Below, one piece after another: positions 21,667-34,460 of a stretch of 64,000 nucleotides of DNA; the stretch's first letter is position 1; each line of letters opens with the position of its first letter. This DNA comes from Felis catus. Taxonomy: Eukaryota. Location: the NCBI RefSeq assembly GCF_018350175.1, contig NC_058368.1:178190001-178254000 (forward strand), given 5' to 3'. Below the pieces are notes generated by a model. The model searched no databases. It worked only from the letters and a program-made list of their open reading frames with translations, and was not told the origin of the DNA. Made by a program: the position numbers and the translations under genes.

Positions 21667-23959
21667 TAAATTCCTTCCTGTAAAAACTTTTTGAGCCATT
21701 TGTAGGGTTTCATCCCTACCTAGATGGAAGGTATAGTGTAGAGTTTCTAAAACCTTCCACTGGTTGGTGGCCGGTAAATGAAGTCTGCCGTCATCTGCCT
21801 GTAACCACCCCGTAGGCTGGGGAGTGTAACCCTGTTCTGATGCCTGCTGTTTTCCTTCCGTCGAGTAGTGGGGCTTTTCTTGAGTTGTAGAACCATCCCA
21901 GACAAGGGAGGCAACAGTGGGGCTAACTTGAGATCTGGCTGCCAATTTTGCTGCGTCATCAGCCAGCGTGTTGTCCCCTGATAGCTCATCCATTCCTTTT
22001 TGGTGTCCTTTACAATGTATTACTGCTACCTCTAAGGGCTGGTGAACAGCCTATAAATGTCTGGTAATTTCCTGGTGATACTTGATAGGAGGCCCTGAAG
22101 CTGTTAAAAAATGTCTTTCCTTCCTTGACATACCAATGGCATGTAACACTAAGGAGGCATACTTAGAGTCAGTATAAATGTTAACTCTCTTATCTTTGCT
22201 CAACTCTAGGGCTGTAATAAGAGCAACTAAGTTGGCCAGCTGAGCACTCGTTTCTGATGGCAGGGCATCACTTACCAGAGTTTTATGAAGAGTCACCACT
22301 ACATACCCAGCTTTTCTGGAGCCTTGCTCAACAAAAGAACTCCCATCTGTGTATAGGGTCCATTCTGGGTTTTCTATAGGAGTTTCCCTTCAATTCTCTT
22401 GGGCAGCATAAGTTTGGGGTATGATTTGTTGTATTAGCTCCATACCTTCCTCTGGCAGGAAGGCTGCTGGGTTCAGAGAGGAGCAGGTCTTTATATGCAC
22501 AGCAGGCCCCTCCAGCAGGAGTGCCTGATACCATAGAAGGCAGCTATCTATGAGCTGATGGCTGCTGTCCACCTATTATCCATCCCTGGATATTATGTGG
22601 GGCATAGACGGTAAGGTCTTGCCCAAGGGTTAGTTTTGTAGTTTCAGGAATTAAGAGGACAACAGCCACGGCGGCTCTGAGACATACAGACCAGCCACAA
22701 GCTACCAGATCAAGTTCTTTGCTAAGACACCCCACTGGTTGCTGTACTGGGCCTCCTTTCTGGGTCAAAATGCCCAAGGTTACCCCCTTTCTCTCTGTAA
22801 CATATAAATTATAAGAATTTCCAATGGGAAGGTTCAAGGTTGGGGGTGCCCAACAAAGCCAGCTTAAGTTTTCTAACTAAAAGCTTGTTTTGACTCACCT
22901 ATACCAGCAAGTGAATATTTGCTGCCTGTGTGCTCTTGATTAGTTGGTAAGGAGTGAGCTATCTCTCCATATCCTGATATCCGTAAGTGGTAATAACCGG
23001 TAATACTTAAAACCCTCTCAGTTGTCTAAGAGTTTTCAGAAGGGAGTATGAGACAATAGACTGAATTCTGTCTTAACCTAGTCTTCTCGTGCTTTCCAAA
23101 AGGATTAATCCTAGATATTTAACAGAGGTCTCATACAGTTGGGGCTTTTGTTGGGAGACTTTATAGCCTCTTTCTGCTAGAAAATTTAAGAGGGCCTTGG
23201 TACCGGCCTGTGTACTTGATTCAGAAAGGGCACAAAGCAAGAGATCATTCACATATTGCAGCGAAGTGCAATAATCAGATGAAAATTCCAAAAGATCACA
23301 TGTTAAGGCCTGTCCAAATAGACGTGGACTACTTAGAAAGCCCTGAGGCAACACTGTCCAAGTTAATCGTGAAGCCGGATTGATAGGATCCTCGAAGGCA
23401 AACAAGAATTGAGAATCAGGTTGTATTGGACTACAGAAGAAAGCATCTTTTAAATCTAAGACTGTAAACCATTTCATAGCTGGTGGAATCTGGGCCAACA
23501 AGGTATAGGGGTTTGGAACTATGCAGACGGGGGGCTGATGGGGACCACTGCTTCATTGATGAAGGGTAGATCTTGCATTAGCCTCCATTCCCCATTAGGC
23601 TGTTCCCAATATTGGAGTATTACAGGGGCTGTCACATTTCTTTAAAAGTCTCTGTTTGTTTAGGGTTTCTATAATTTTTATTAGCCCCCTTTCAGCATAT
23701 GTTTGAGAGGGTACTGCTTCCGGCATGGAAAAGAAGTGGGATCCTTAAGGTGTGTTTGGACAGGTATTGTGGTTAAGGCTTGGCCTGCTTCTCCTTGTAT
23801 AGCCCATACTCATGAGTCAGTATCAACTTCCATCAGCTGTTTATCTCGCCTGGATCCAGTAGCAGTATAGTCCCTAATTCAGTCATAATGTCCCTTCCTA
23901 GCAAGGGAGGGGGCTCTCTGGCATTATCAAAAAAGAATGTGAAAAAATCAAGTCTCCCC

Positions 23960-24655
23960 AGAGTGGCTAAAATGAACAGCTCAGGAGACTACAGATGCTG
24001 GCGAGGATGTGGAGAAACGGGAACCCTCTTGCAGTGTTGGTGGGAATGCAAACTGGTGTAGCTGCTCTGGAAAACAATGTGGAGGTTCCTCAAAAAACTA
24101 AAAATAGAGCTACCCTATGACCCAGCAATAGCACTACTAGGAATTTGCCCGAGGGATACGGGAATGCTGATGCACAGGGGCACATGTACCCCAATGTTTA
24201 TAGCAGCACTTTCAACAATAGCCAAATTATGGAAAGAGCCTAAATGTCCATCAACTGACGAATGGATAAAGATGTGGTTCATATACACAATGGAATACTA
24301 CTTGGCAATGAGAAAGAATGAAATCATGCCATTTGTAGCAACGTGGATGGAACTGGAGAGTGTTATGCTAAGTGAAATAAGTCAGTCAGGGAAGGAAGGA
24401 CAGATATCATATGTTTTCACTCATATGTGGATCTAGAGATACTTAACAGAAGCCCATGTGGAAGGGAAGGGGAAAAAATAGTTACAACAGAGAGGGAGGG
24501 AGGCAAACCACAGGAGACTCTTAAATACAGAGAACAAACTGAGGGTGGATGGGGCGTGGGGGAGAGGGGAAAGTGGGTGATGGGCATTAAGGAGGGCACT
24601 TGTTGGGATGAGCACTGGGTGTTGACGTAAGTCAATTTGACAATAAATTATATTA
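23960..24655 (+). mobile_element. 5'-truncated carnivore L1 (ORF2 C-terminus plus 3' UTR) inserted in the inner ERV protease
   Basis: [22 protein letters not shown]...; TSD aaaaatcaagtctcccc on both sides. Confidence 0.95.
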
Positions 24656-24899
24656 AAAAAATCAAGTCTCCCCGTATGCACCCCAGTGGCTGAGAGAAAA
24701 ATTTAGTCATAAGGTTTCCAGAGACATCTCTAATCATTACACTATGTTTGGATAGTTGGCCGGTTTTGGAAAGAAGGACAGAAAAGGTGGCTCCAGTGTC
24801 AAGAAAGAAATCAACCGGTTTCCCTTCTTTTTCCAGAGTTATCCAAGGCTCTGGGTTTCTGATAGGTAGCTGGTTTGGGGGAGCCACCCTAAAGAGCCC

Positions 24900-26445
24900 C
24901 CACTCCCTCAGTGCCTTTCAGGGACATTGGTTATCTGAGCCCTCACAGATCGAGGTCCCTGGGGGCATTCAGATCTCCAGTGATTGTCTCCATACAAGGG
25001 GCAGAGCTGACAGGGATTCAACTTCGGTTGTCCAGAGCCCTGAACGGCCACATAAATGGCACTTGGTGCCAGGATCTTGGGAAGTCTGGTCTGACATAGT
25101 ACCTAAGGCTGCAACTAAGGCCTCAGATTTTTTCTTAAGCCTCCTTTCCTGTTCCATATTCTCCTCTTGATCTTGGTTGTAATATATCCAATTGGCAGTT
25201 CTTAAGAGTTCCTCCAGGGTCCCTTCTGGGCCAACAGCCAATTTTTGCAGCTTCCTTCAAATATCGGGGACTGATTGAGTGACAAATTTGTCCTTTAGAA
25301 TCATCTCAGCCTCAGAGGTATTAGGGGAGATAGCCATCTATTTAATGAGAGCTTTTCTTAACCTTTCCAGGGAGGCCACCAGGTTTTAATCCTGTGTAAA
25401 ATAGTGGCTAATTTAGGGTAATTTAAGGGGTTACCCTTTGTTCTTTTTAATCCTTCCCAAATGCAGGCTTAGAAATGGCAGTGACACAATTCCCCAATGG
25501 GATTATCATAGTCCCAATTAGGATCTTGGGATGGGACTGCCTGAACTCCAGTAGGGGACTGGAAGTTCCCTGTATAGGACCTCCAGTCCCATGATAATTA
25601 ATGAGTTGCTCATCCCCATATCTCTCAGCTGCTGCCAGAAACCCATGTTTCTCTCTTTCATTATGAGTCTGATTCCACAGAAGCATTATATCTTTCCAGG
25701 TTTATTCAGAAACATACATAATATTCTGAAAAGCCTCTATATACTTACCTGGATCATCAGAAAACTTATGTAGTATCCCCTTTTATCTGTCTTAAATTTT
25801 GTAATGAAAAAGGTACTTGTATCTTATCATAGTGGTGCCTCCCTGAGTCACCTTCTGAGGATGACCTTCTGAGGATGACCTTCTGAGGGTCTCCTTCTGG
25901 CACTCCAGCTTCTTGTAGAGGAAACATGCCTGTTACATTACGGGGACTGCCTGGGTAAAGTGGGCAGCAGGGAGCAGAAGTGCATGTTTTTAAGTCTGGA
26001 TATATAGATCGAGGACCTGGGAAGGAGGAGGTGGGGGTGGAAGGCTTCCCTTCCTCCATCTCTAGGTCTGCTTTGGGTACTGGCAAGGTGCCCTTGATTA
26101 TTTCCCCTCCTGATTGCTGGACTTTGGAAAGCGTTGCCACTAAGTCAGGATTAACCTTACATTGCTTGCACATATCTCTATTTTTTCTTAAGGCGCAAAA
26201 ACACTGAACATAGGAGAATTCTCCCTATTTCCCCTCACGTTTGCACAACAAGTCCAATTGTAAGATAGTATTATATTGATATTTCCCTCCGGCGGCCAGG
26301 TTTCCACCTCCAATTTGTATTGGGGCCGAGCCCCAGTGCAAAAGAAGATGAGTCGCTTTTTCTTCAGGATTTGTGGATCAAAATCATTCTAATTTTTCAG
26401 AATGCATCCCAAAGGAGTATTGACCTTGGTTGGAGAATTACCCAT
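24900..26445 (-). pseudogene. Inner ERV gag, disrupted
   Basis: Myristoylation start MGNSPTKVNTPLGCIL...[28 protein letters not shown], degenerate zinc knuckle CHLCGRSG; many stops and frameshifts. Confidence 0.9.
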
Positions 26446-26988
26446 CTATAGGAAAAAGAGGAAAAGGCATCCCTTATGTCAGTTTCCTACAGCTGGCCAG
26501 GAGAAACCTCATCTCCTGACCCCAATTGGCCAAGAGAAACCTCATCTCCTGGCCCTGCATTTTGGCTGGCTATGCGACTGGCAGCCAAAAGTCCTGTCAG
26601 TCTCACAAGGTGCTGGGATTGGTTGCTCTCACTCAGGTTTGACCCGACCTCTGAGAGCTGACCTTGTCTTCCCCACTTTCTCCTACCCCTCTGTTTCTGG
26701 CCTGTGGGACTTTGGGGGTATCGACTGAGACCAAGTAAGACCCCCCTGGTTGTAAAAGGTAGCACTAATTTTATTTTGGCCCAATGGTAATTTACGTTTT
26801 GATCATAATTAAACTGTTCCTCTTTATATTTCAAAAGGCTGGTGAAAACTATTTTTTGTAAGGATAAAATCAGCCATTGAGGGGAGCTAGAAGAGCCAAA
26901 GTTGGGGGCTAGTCTCCTGCCTTTTTCAGCAATGCCCACATAAATATGTTCCAGCCATGTGGGTATCCATTTTAAAGTATCTAGGTTG

Positions 26989-27197
26989 AGGGCATCTGGG
27001 TAGCTCAGTCGGTTAAGCACCTGACTCTTGATTTCAGCTCAGGTCATGATCTCACAGTTTGTGACTTTAAGCCCCACATCGGGCTCCATGTTGACAGTGC
27101 AGAGCCTCTTGGGATTCTCTCTCTCCCCCTTTCTCTCTCTGCCCCTCCCCCACACACTTTCTTTCTCTGACTAAATAAATAAAAAAGTTAAAAAAAA
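26989..27197 (+). repeat. SINEC in the inner ERV leader
   Basis: SINEC consensus; TSD tatctaggttg/tatctagattg. Confidence 0.88.
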
Positions 27198-27978
27198 TAT
27201 CTAGATTGGTACAAGTCACATACACTGGGCTAAGTGTAGAACAATGGCTCCCGTGTACCCAGTAAAAGCCCTTCAGATGCCATAGTCCTCTGTCCTTCAT
27301 ATGGCACAGACACCCATTCCTCCACCTGGCAGAAACAACACAAATGTGGAGCATCTGGAGGTCAGCAGCGAGGACATCACTGTTGTTTTCCTAGGCTTTG
27401 GATCAAAGGAGGGGCAATTTCAACCAGGGCTTGAGCAAAACAACTCAAAAGGGAGTGCTCTCCTGCCCTTTTGGTTAAAATCACAGTTCTTCCCATTTTT
27501 CTTTTCCAAGACCATGAAGAACAAGAAGGGGTACTGTATATTCTCTTCTATATTTCCATCAAACACACAGTGAATCCAGCATCCCGCAATTGATGCTAAA
27601 ACACAAATTAGAGCCAGGAAGAGGAGAATTCCTCCGATTACCCAAATGGGTGGTCAGGGATCAGGTTCTGCCGACAGCCTTCAGGCGTCCATCGGAGAGT
27701 AGACTTGGTCAGGACCCTTCAGTTGCTGTTTGGCCTCCCCTGAGTCTGTGCATCTAGGGGTCATTCTTGAAAGAAATAACCATACGTTCCCAACTATGCT
27801 GGGTGATCAGCTGGGAGGAGACCCAAGGAGCCTGTCACCTGAGATTTGAGAATGGTAGCCATACTATTTGCTTTTATCTGGCTGACAGGTGCCCATTGTT
27901 TGGTTTGAGAGTTGTATTTAGGATAGAAAGAAAAGAGGGGGTGCGGCTGTTCTCTACTTACAGTTAGAAGACGTTGAT

Positions 27979-27996
27979 ATCCCAGATGAGCCCCCA
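27979..27996 (-). promoter_or_regulatory. Primer binding site, tRNA-Pro (inner ERV)
   Basis: Minus-strand TGGGGGCTCATCTGGGAT versus canonical TGGGGGCTCGTCCGGGAT; both differences are CpG decay. Confidence 0.9.
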
Positions 27997-28002
27997 AAGT
28001 AA

Positions 28003-28596
28003 TGTTGCAGGATTCTTTACCTCAATACCCAGGGTTCGTTGTCTCACTGCTTTGAAGAATGAAGAGGTGGGCACAGAATGAGCAGCAGGCAAAAGTTTAG
28101 TAGAATATAAGTTTAGAAAGTAAGAACAGTATGAAAGCTCTCTTTGCAGAGAGGGGGCATTGAAGGTGAATGCCCGAGACAATAGGCAAGGGTCTTTGTT
28201 TTAGAAGGTTCTGGTCAGCCCCCTTCCCTTCCTGCTCTTCCTTCTCAGGTCCTACTCTTACTGGCTTGATCACTCCAGGGGCTGGGTTGTCCATTCCTGA
28301 TAGGCTGGACTCCATTGCGTGAGGATCCTGACTAAGGTCATACTGTGCCTTGTATAACGTAAATTTTTATTGTTTACTTATTTTAGTTAGGTATTTTGAT
28401 TGTCAAATTCCTGAGGGGAACCTAGAGGGAGTAGGTGGTGTCTGTTACATTCTTAAGAGGAACCTTATGTCTGAGGGGTGGTTTGCTGTGATCAGAGCTC
28501 CCAGCATTGTTCCAAAATATGTGTTTTTCCCCACCCAGGGACCTTGGGTTCTAACCTTTCCCTCTCTGCCTATTTAAACCTTTCTTTCCTCTATCA
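28003..28596 (-). repeat. Inner ERV 5' LTR
   Basis: tgttgcaggattctttacctc...ctatca, homologous to 17185-18300; adjacent PBS. Confidence 0.92.
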
Positions 28597-29099
28597 TAAT
28601 ACATCAAATCGGGTACTCACAAACATCCAGCCTCCTAGCTGGGGAAGCTCCGCGGTGAAGAGCCTGGTTGGAGTCCCGATTGAGGCTCCTGGGTGAAGCA
28701 TCCTCCCCTCAGGTGAGGCTTCCAACTAACTATACCCGCCAGGGCAATATATACACTACCCATGTGTGATCTATGGTTAGTCATTAAGTTTGCCCCAGTG
28801 CAGTCTTGAGCAAGCTGGTTGTTTCTCTGTTTCTCTTATTATATTGCACAATCTTAGGAGCCTGGGTGTCTGCATATTTCTCTTCTCTCCCTGATCCACT
28901 CCAGGGGCCAGCCTGGTCTGGCTCAAGGAGGGGAGGCAAATTATTCCCTCTTGGCATCAGGAACAGAAGGGCCAATTCTGATCTCGAGGCCAGATGTGAA
29001 GCACAAGCCAAGTAAGCACCACCCTGCCCCATGATTGTGTGCGTGCAGCTCTGGGCAGAAATGCATGACAAGTCACACAGACAAGTTCTACACAGAACA
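28597..29099 (-). repeat. Outer ERV 5' LTR, U3 part
   Basis: Resumes taatacatcaaatcgggtactcac..., homologous to 11023-11923; ends cacagaaca followed by TSD ctatc. Confidence 0.85.
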
Positions 29100-29989
29100 C
29101 TATCCCAGAGGATTGTTACATACTAAATGAGGCATTGCCCAGAAGATGCTACGCATGTAGGAGGTGATTGAGAGAGGTGGTCCTCTCCTTTCACGGCATG
29201 CTCTGGATGCTCATTGGATAGTCCCCTTTCATAGCTCCTTCTTAATTATCCAAAATGATTTAATTCTGATATGCTCTGGAGGCCAAATTCCTTCTTCCCA
29301 GGACACTTTAGTCTTTTCCCTTAAGGCCTTCAACTAATTGGATAAGGCCCACCACATAATGGAAAATTACCTGCTTTACTCAAAGTTTACTGAATTAAAT
29401 GTTATTCACATATACCAAATACCTTCACAACAACAACTAGAATAGAATTTTACCATGGTACCATGGTCTAGCCAAGTTAACACATAAAATTAATCATCAC
29501 AGTGAGCTAATATTTATCATGTAAGGACTTCTCTCCTTCATAGAGTCCATGATAATCGTCTTCCTCCAACTCTCCTCAGTCATATACCTATTCTGTGTTG
29601 GCATTACCAGTGAGAGGCTTTGGCCTCTTAGCCAGGGAAAGGAGTGGGGGGTTAGGAGATAGGATTGGATACTCTTAGTTCCTAGTCCCCTGCCACAAAA
29701 TCCTTGCCCCTTGTCAGGCATTCTAGTCTGGATAAGGGGCCTTGACTGGGCTTTGGAGGAGTGCAGAAGGGATGGGACTGGACTTAGCAGCCTTCCTGGT
29801 ATGGATGGGAGTGATGTGATGTAGCTGAAGAAACTTGGCTGGGAATGAACTGGCCAGAAGAAACACCAGGGAAGGCAGGATGATGAGGCTTATTAATGCG
29901 AAGTACTTCTTGTGGGGGTCGGGGGTCTCAGAGTGGTAGATAGCCCATGAAAGGTGTTGGTGGCCCTGGGATACCAGACCAAAAAGTTT

Positions 29990-30680
29990 TTAACAGTTTT
30001 AAGTTGACATGGAATCAACTACACACATTTAAAGATTATAATTCAATATATTGGATACATGTATGTACTCATGAAACCATCACACAATCAAGAAAGTAAA
30101 CACATCCATCACTACCCAAAGTCTCTTCTTTGGTAATCTCTCTTACCCCTTGTCTCTGCACTGACCCTCCCCATCCCCAGGCAACCACTGATCTCCTTCC
30201 TGTCCCTGTAGATTTGTTTGCATTTCCCAGAACTTTATATTAATGGAAACATACAGTATGGACCCTTTTTTTTTTTTTTTTTTTTTGTCTAGCTTCTGTC
30301 ATCAGCATCATTATTGGGATTCATTCATGTTGTTCTATGTGTGTCAAGAATTCATTCTTCTTCTTCTTTTTAAAAAATTTTTAAATGTTTACTTATTTTT
30401 GAGAGAGAGAGAGAGAGAGTGCACGAGTGGAGGAAGGCAGAGAGAGAGGGAGACACAGAATCCCAAGCAGGATCCAGGCTCTGAGCTGTCAGCACAGAGC
30501 CTGACGTGGGGCTCGAACTCACAAACCATGAGATCGTGACCTGAGCCAAAGTTGGATGCTTAACTGACTGAGCCACCCAGGCGTACCAAGAATTCATTCT
30601 TCTTTACAGCTGAGTTGTATTGCATTGTATGGATATACCACAGTTTGTTTATCCATTTACTTGTTGATGGACAGTCGACT
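29990..30680 (-). repeat. Old L1M 3' end containing a SINEC (30370-30585)
   Basis: ggcaaccactgatct...tttgcatttcccagaa and gtttgtttatccattt motifs of old L1 3' UTRs; SINEC consensus. Confidence 0.7.
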
Positions 30681-33600
30681 AGCCTGATGTATTACCACCA
30701 CTTGCTAGTGGGGAAATGTGATAATAGGGTTTAGTGTGGAGGTTGCAAATTGGTGACCCCTGTGCCAAATGCAGCTCCTACACTTGTTTGGTTTGGTCTG
30801 TCTGCTGTATTTTAAATATTGAACTAGTTAATACAAAAGTTGGGGGATTTCACATGCAAATCCAGATTTTCAACTTGGAGAATTGTCAGGTCTAATAACT
30901 GGGCCCCCATTCCAGCAATATGACAGCAATCTCTGGAGCTATGACAGATGGCCTCCTTTACACTGGGCATGTATTCTTTGGGTTGCCACTAAATTCTTTA
31001 ATTCTCTTGGCTCCATAATCTCACTGAACCTGCAAGTTCCTGGCTTGCAGTTAAGTGCAACAGTCAGAAAGTCTTGGGTTCAAAATTGCTCTGTCACTTA
31101 TTAGCTATTTGATCATGGCCAAGTTAACCTCTCTGAGCTCCAGTTTCCTCATCAGTAAATGAGATTAATAACAGAACCAACCTCAGGGTAGTGAGACTTG
31201 AATACATGTGAATTATTTAGCATGCAATAAGTGCTCAGTAAATGATATTTAATATTCTTGTCATATTATGGTTGCAAAGTAGATGGCAGGGCAGTATAAT
31301 GGATATGACACCAGATTAGATTTCTGGTCCGAGCTCTGCTACCACCCAGCTGTGTAGCTGTGGGCTTTGGTTGCCCCATTTGTTATATAAAGCAGTGGGG
31401 GCTCAGTTAGCATGTGCCAAGTCACAAGTTTCGGAAAGTGACTGCTTTCCGAACTGCTTTAAATTCCAAACTGCTTTAAATAATAAAAAATGAATTTATC
31501 GATGTATGCAACACAAACCGCTAGAGGTACACGTAGCTTCAGGTGAAGTTTGATCCAGCAGTTCCAAAAAATCATTTGTTTCATCTCTCTGCCTTGATTT
31601 CTGTGGTATGATGTTCATCTGTAGATTGGTTTCCCTGTAGGTTACAAAATGATTGCCTGTATGTGCTAGGGCTATGTGCTTATTTATTCATGTCCAACAG
31701 GGAAGAGTGACTTTGTTTCATTCTTTTCAGCAATAACTCTAAAATTCATGCAGTTTGCACTGGCTGAGGTCTTAAGCTACCCCTGAACAAGTTGCTATGG
31801 CCAGGGGCATGGGAGGAAATGATTGGCTTAGTATAGGTCAAGTGTTCCATTTCTAGAACTGAGAGTGCAGTCAGCTCCGAGGGTTTCATGGGTCCTTGAA
31901 AGTCCACTCAGTGGGGCTGGCTGCCCTAAGGTTTCTCCCTGATCTTCAAGATCTGGATTTTTTTGGTCTCCAGGCAGTCACTGGACTGGAGTACAGAGCT
32001 TGTGGAGGTCTGGGACTTAGATTGGGCTTTATTTTGATGTGGAGGGACATGCTAATTTCAGCTCTTCTGAGAAACCATATGGGCATCTTTGCACATGTCC
32101 TTGGCATTATTCCCTATAGAGGAAGAGTAATTTGGCTTGAATTCATGGACTTGTTTTCATTGCTTTTTACTAATGGATTCATGGCAGCTGCTTTCCAACA
32201 CCTTCTGGTGTTTGTATATCATTAGAGCTAGTTTTAGGAATAGGTGGGGAATGGTCTTCATGCTTTCTGAGAAATGGAGCTGAGCATACATTTTGGAGCA
32301 TGGAATTCTTTAAGCCCATTTTCAGCCATGTGGAGAGGTCCCTCTGTGTCTTGGGCATCATTTCTTCGTCTGAAAAGCAGGTGCCTAGAATACCTATCTC
32401 ACAGAGTTGTTGTGAGATTCAAGTAAGATATCATCCATAGACAACCTGGCACCGAACAGTGGCCATCAGTCTCATCTACACTTCCTCCTAGGAGCCTCTC
32501 CAAGTGGCCTCACTGGCCTCTGCTCAGAGGATTTGCTCAGAAATGTGATGTTAGAGAACCATAGGGCGGGTTGTGGTGAGATTCTATATTTCCAGACATG
32601 ATTTCCTTATTGGAACAAGGGATATCCTCTTGAATGCCTGAGCAAGAAAAGATAGCAAGCTTAGGCCCAGATTTTCTGTAACTGCTTGGTGATCCTTCCC
32701 ACCCCTGGTCCACCCAAGACCACATCAAACTCCACTCAGAGGAGCCTTCCCTCCCCACCCTGTCTGGAATAGCCTCCGTTGCCACCCCAGTCACTCTCTA
32801 CCGTGTCATACTTGTATTCTCTTCATGTCACTTTACTGAAAACATATGATCTATTGTCTATTTACTCCTGCGAGATACAAGATTCATAAGAGCAGGTCAC
32901 TTATCTGTCCTGTTCATCACTTTAGGTTAGCTTTATTCATCATTTTAGGTTAGAAGCCAACACTGACACATGGATGAGGGGTTCAGTAGTTGATCTGGGA
33001 AGGGATCCAAGGAAGCAATGGTAGGGAAGTATAGGGAATGTGAGAGGGGACGGAAGGAGGTTCAGTAAGGGGTCCACTGTTGAGCACATTATTGCTGTGG
33101 GCTATTAGGGCTCAATGCTACTGGGGAAGTCTGGGAGACAGTATAGAAGTCACCCTGGAGTACTTCCTATGGAAAGGAGATGGGCCTGGGGTATTTATAC
33201 ACCAACTCTTGTCAGCCATTGGTTAAGGGCTGCTCCAGGGAGGTGTTAGCTACCTGGTTCTTCTGGCCTGCCCTGCTCATAGGCAGAGTGCAGACGTCCT
33301 GGTCAGGGTCTATTTGTGACAGTCACAGTTATAAACAAAAGTCACAAGCATTTCCAGGTGGCACATTTGAATCCAGCTGTGAGGTAATGGTGAGTGTCAA
33401 GGGTGTCTGGGTAAGACAGCCACAGTACCTGCTACAGGCACAATTGCTGGCAAATGGTGGCAATTTGTTAGACGATTCAGGAGGAGTAGGATCCCTCCAG
33501 AAGGACAAGTTGGAGCTGGGTGTTCCAAGCAGAGAACTTTGTTTCTCCATTAGCCCGTTTTGTTTCTGAATATCTCCAGATGCTGATTTTCCTCTTGGAG

Positions 33601-33689
33601 TTTGGTGCTCAGGACTGAATTGTGTTTCTTGTGCTCTGGCCAGCACAGAGAGAAGAATACCAGCCCTTCCACTCTTCTATCGCATGGGC

Positions 33690-34460
33690 TTTTGGCCCTA
33701 GGTATACACTGGAATCACCTGGAGAGCTTTTAAAGCAGAGTGATGCTCAGGGCTCTACCTGTAGAGGTTCTTATTCAGTTAATCTGCCTTTAGCACTTTA
33801 AAAACTTCTCCTTCTCTGCTCCCCAAGTGATTCTGATATGCAGCCAGAGTAAAGATAAACTGGCTTAGATCTTATATAGGCATCAAACACAGGCATCTGA
33901 AAAGATCAGAGGTTTTCCTAGCTTCAGGTCCAGCTTGATCCAGCAGCTCAGTGATCTAATCAAGGTTTCAGTTTTCTGGTGTGTTTTGCTTTGTTTAAAC
34001 ATCTCTGCCTTGCTTTCTGTGATTCTGGTTTATCTGCTCCTTGGTTATTGGATAATCCCTCAGAACTCCTAAATCACTACCAAAATGTCCTAAGAGTGCA
34101 TGCTATCTCATGTATGCCCAGTAGAAGAGAGACCATCTTTGCCCCTTGTTCCCAGCACAAATCTTGTGATTCATGCTGTTTTGGGCTGGCTTAGGTATCA
34201 AGCCAATCCCTGCACCAATCATTATGGCTAGGGGGATGGCTCAGATCATGTGTTCCATTCTTAGCATTGAATTTGGTCAGTTCCCCATCTTAGCTCTGGA
34301 TACACATTGCAATCACCTGAGCAGATTCTAAAGAATCCCGATGCCTAGGCCTCACCTGTACAGATTCTACTTTAATTGGTCTGAGGTGGTGCCTGGCCCC
34401 TGGCATTTTTCAAAGTTCCCCAGGTGATTGTGATGTTTAGCCAAAGTGGAGAACCAGGGC
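33690..34460. repeat. MER5-like DNA transposon fragments (33690-33865, 34285-34460; another at ~39520-39660)
   Basis: gaatcacctgg...ccccaggtgatt...gagaacca motifs. Confidence 0.6.

Larger units (their letters stand above)
20600..24890 (-). pseudogene. Inner ERV pro-pol, disrupted (protease, RT, RNase H, integrase)
   Basis: FLDTGATFSVL; LDLKDAFF, WTVLPQGF, YVND (mutated YVDD); IYTDSKYA; WQIDFTHMP; WKGPHMVILATPTA; interrupted by an L1 and a SINE. Confidence 0.95.
17185..28596 (-). mobile_element. Inner full-length provirus, class I gamma-like (HERV-W/ERV9/H-like gag-pol)
   Basis: Paired LTRs, tRNA-Pro PBS, PPT and gag-pro-pol-env order; flanked by a duplicated (TA)ATAC within the outer LTR. 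Confidence 0.92.
10875..29099 (-). mobile_element. Outer provirus, class III-like (ERV-S/ERV-L related), degenerate; its 5' LTR is interrupted by a second provirus
   Basis: Two homologous LTRs with TGTTCTG...CAGAACA inverted termini; 5-bp TSD CTATC (10870-10874 and 29100-29104); tRNA-Ser-like PBS; gag, RNase H, integrase, dUTPase and env remnants. Confidence 0.85.
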
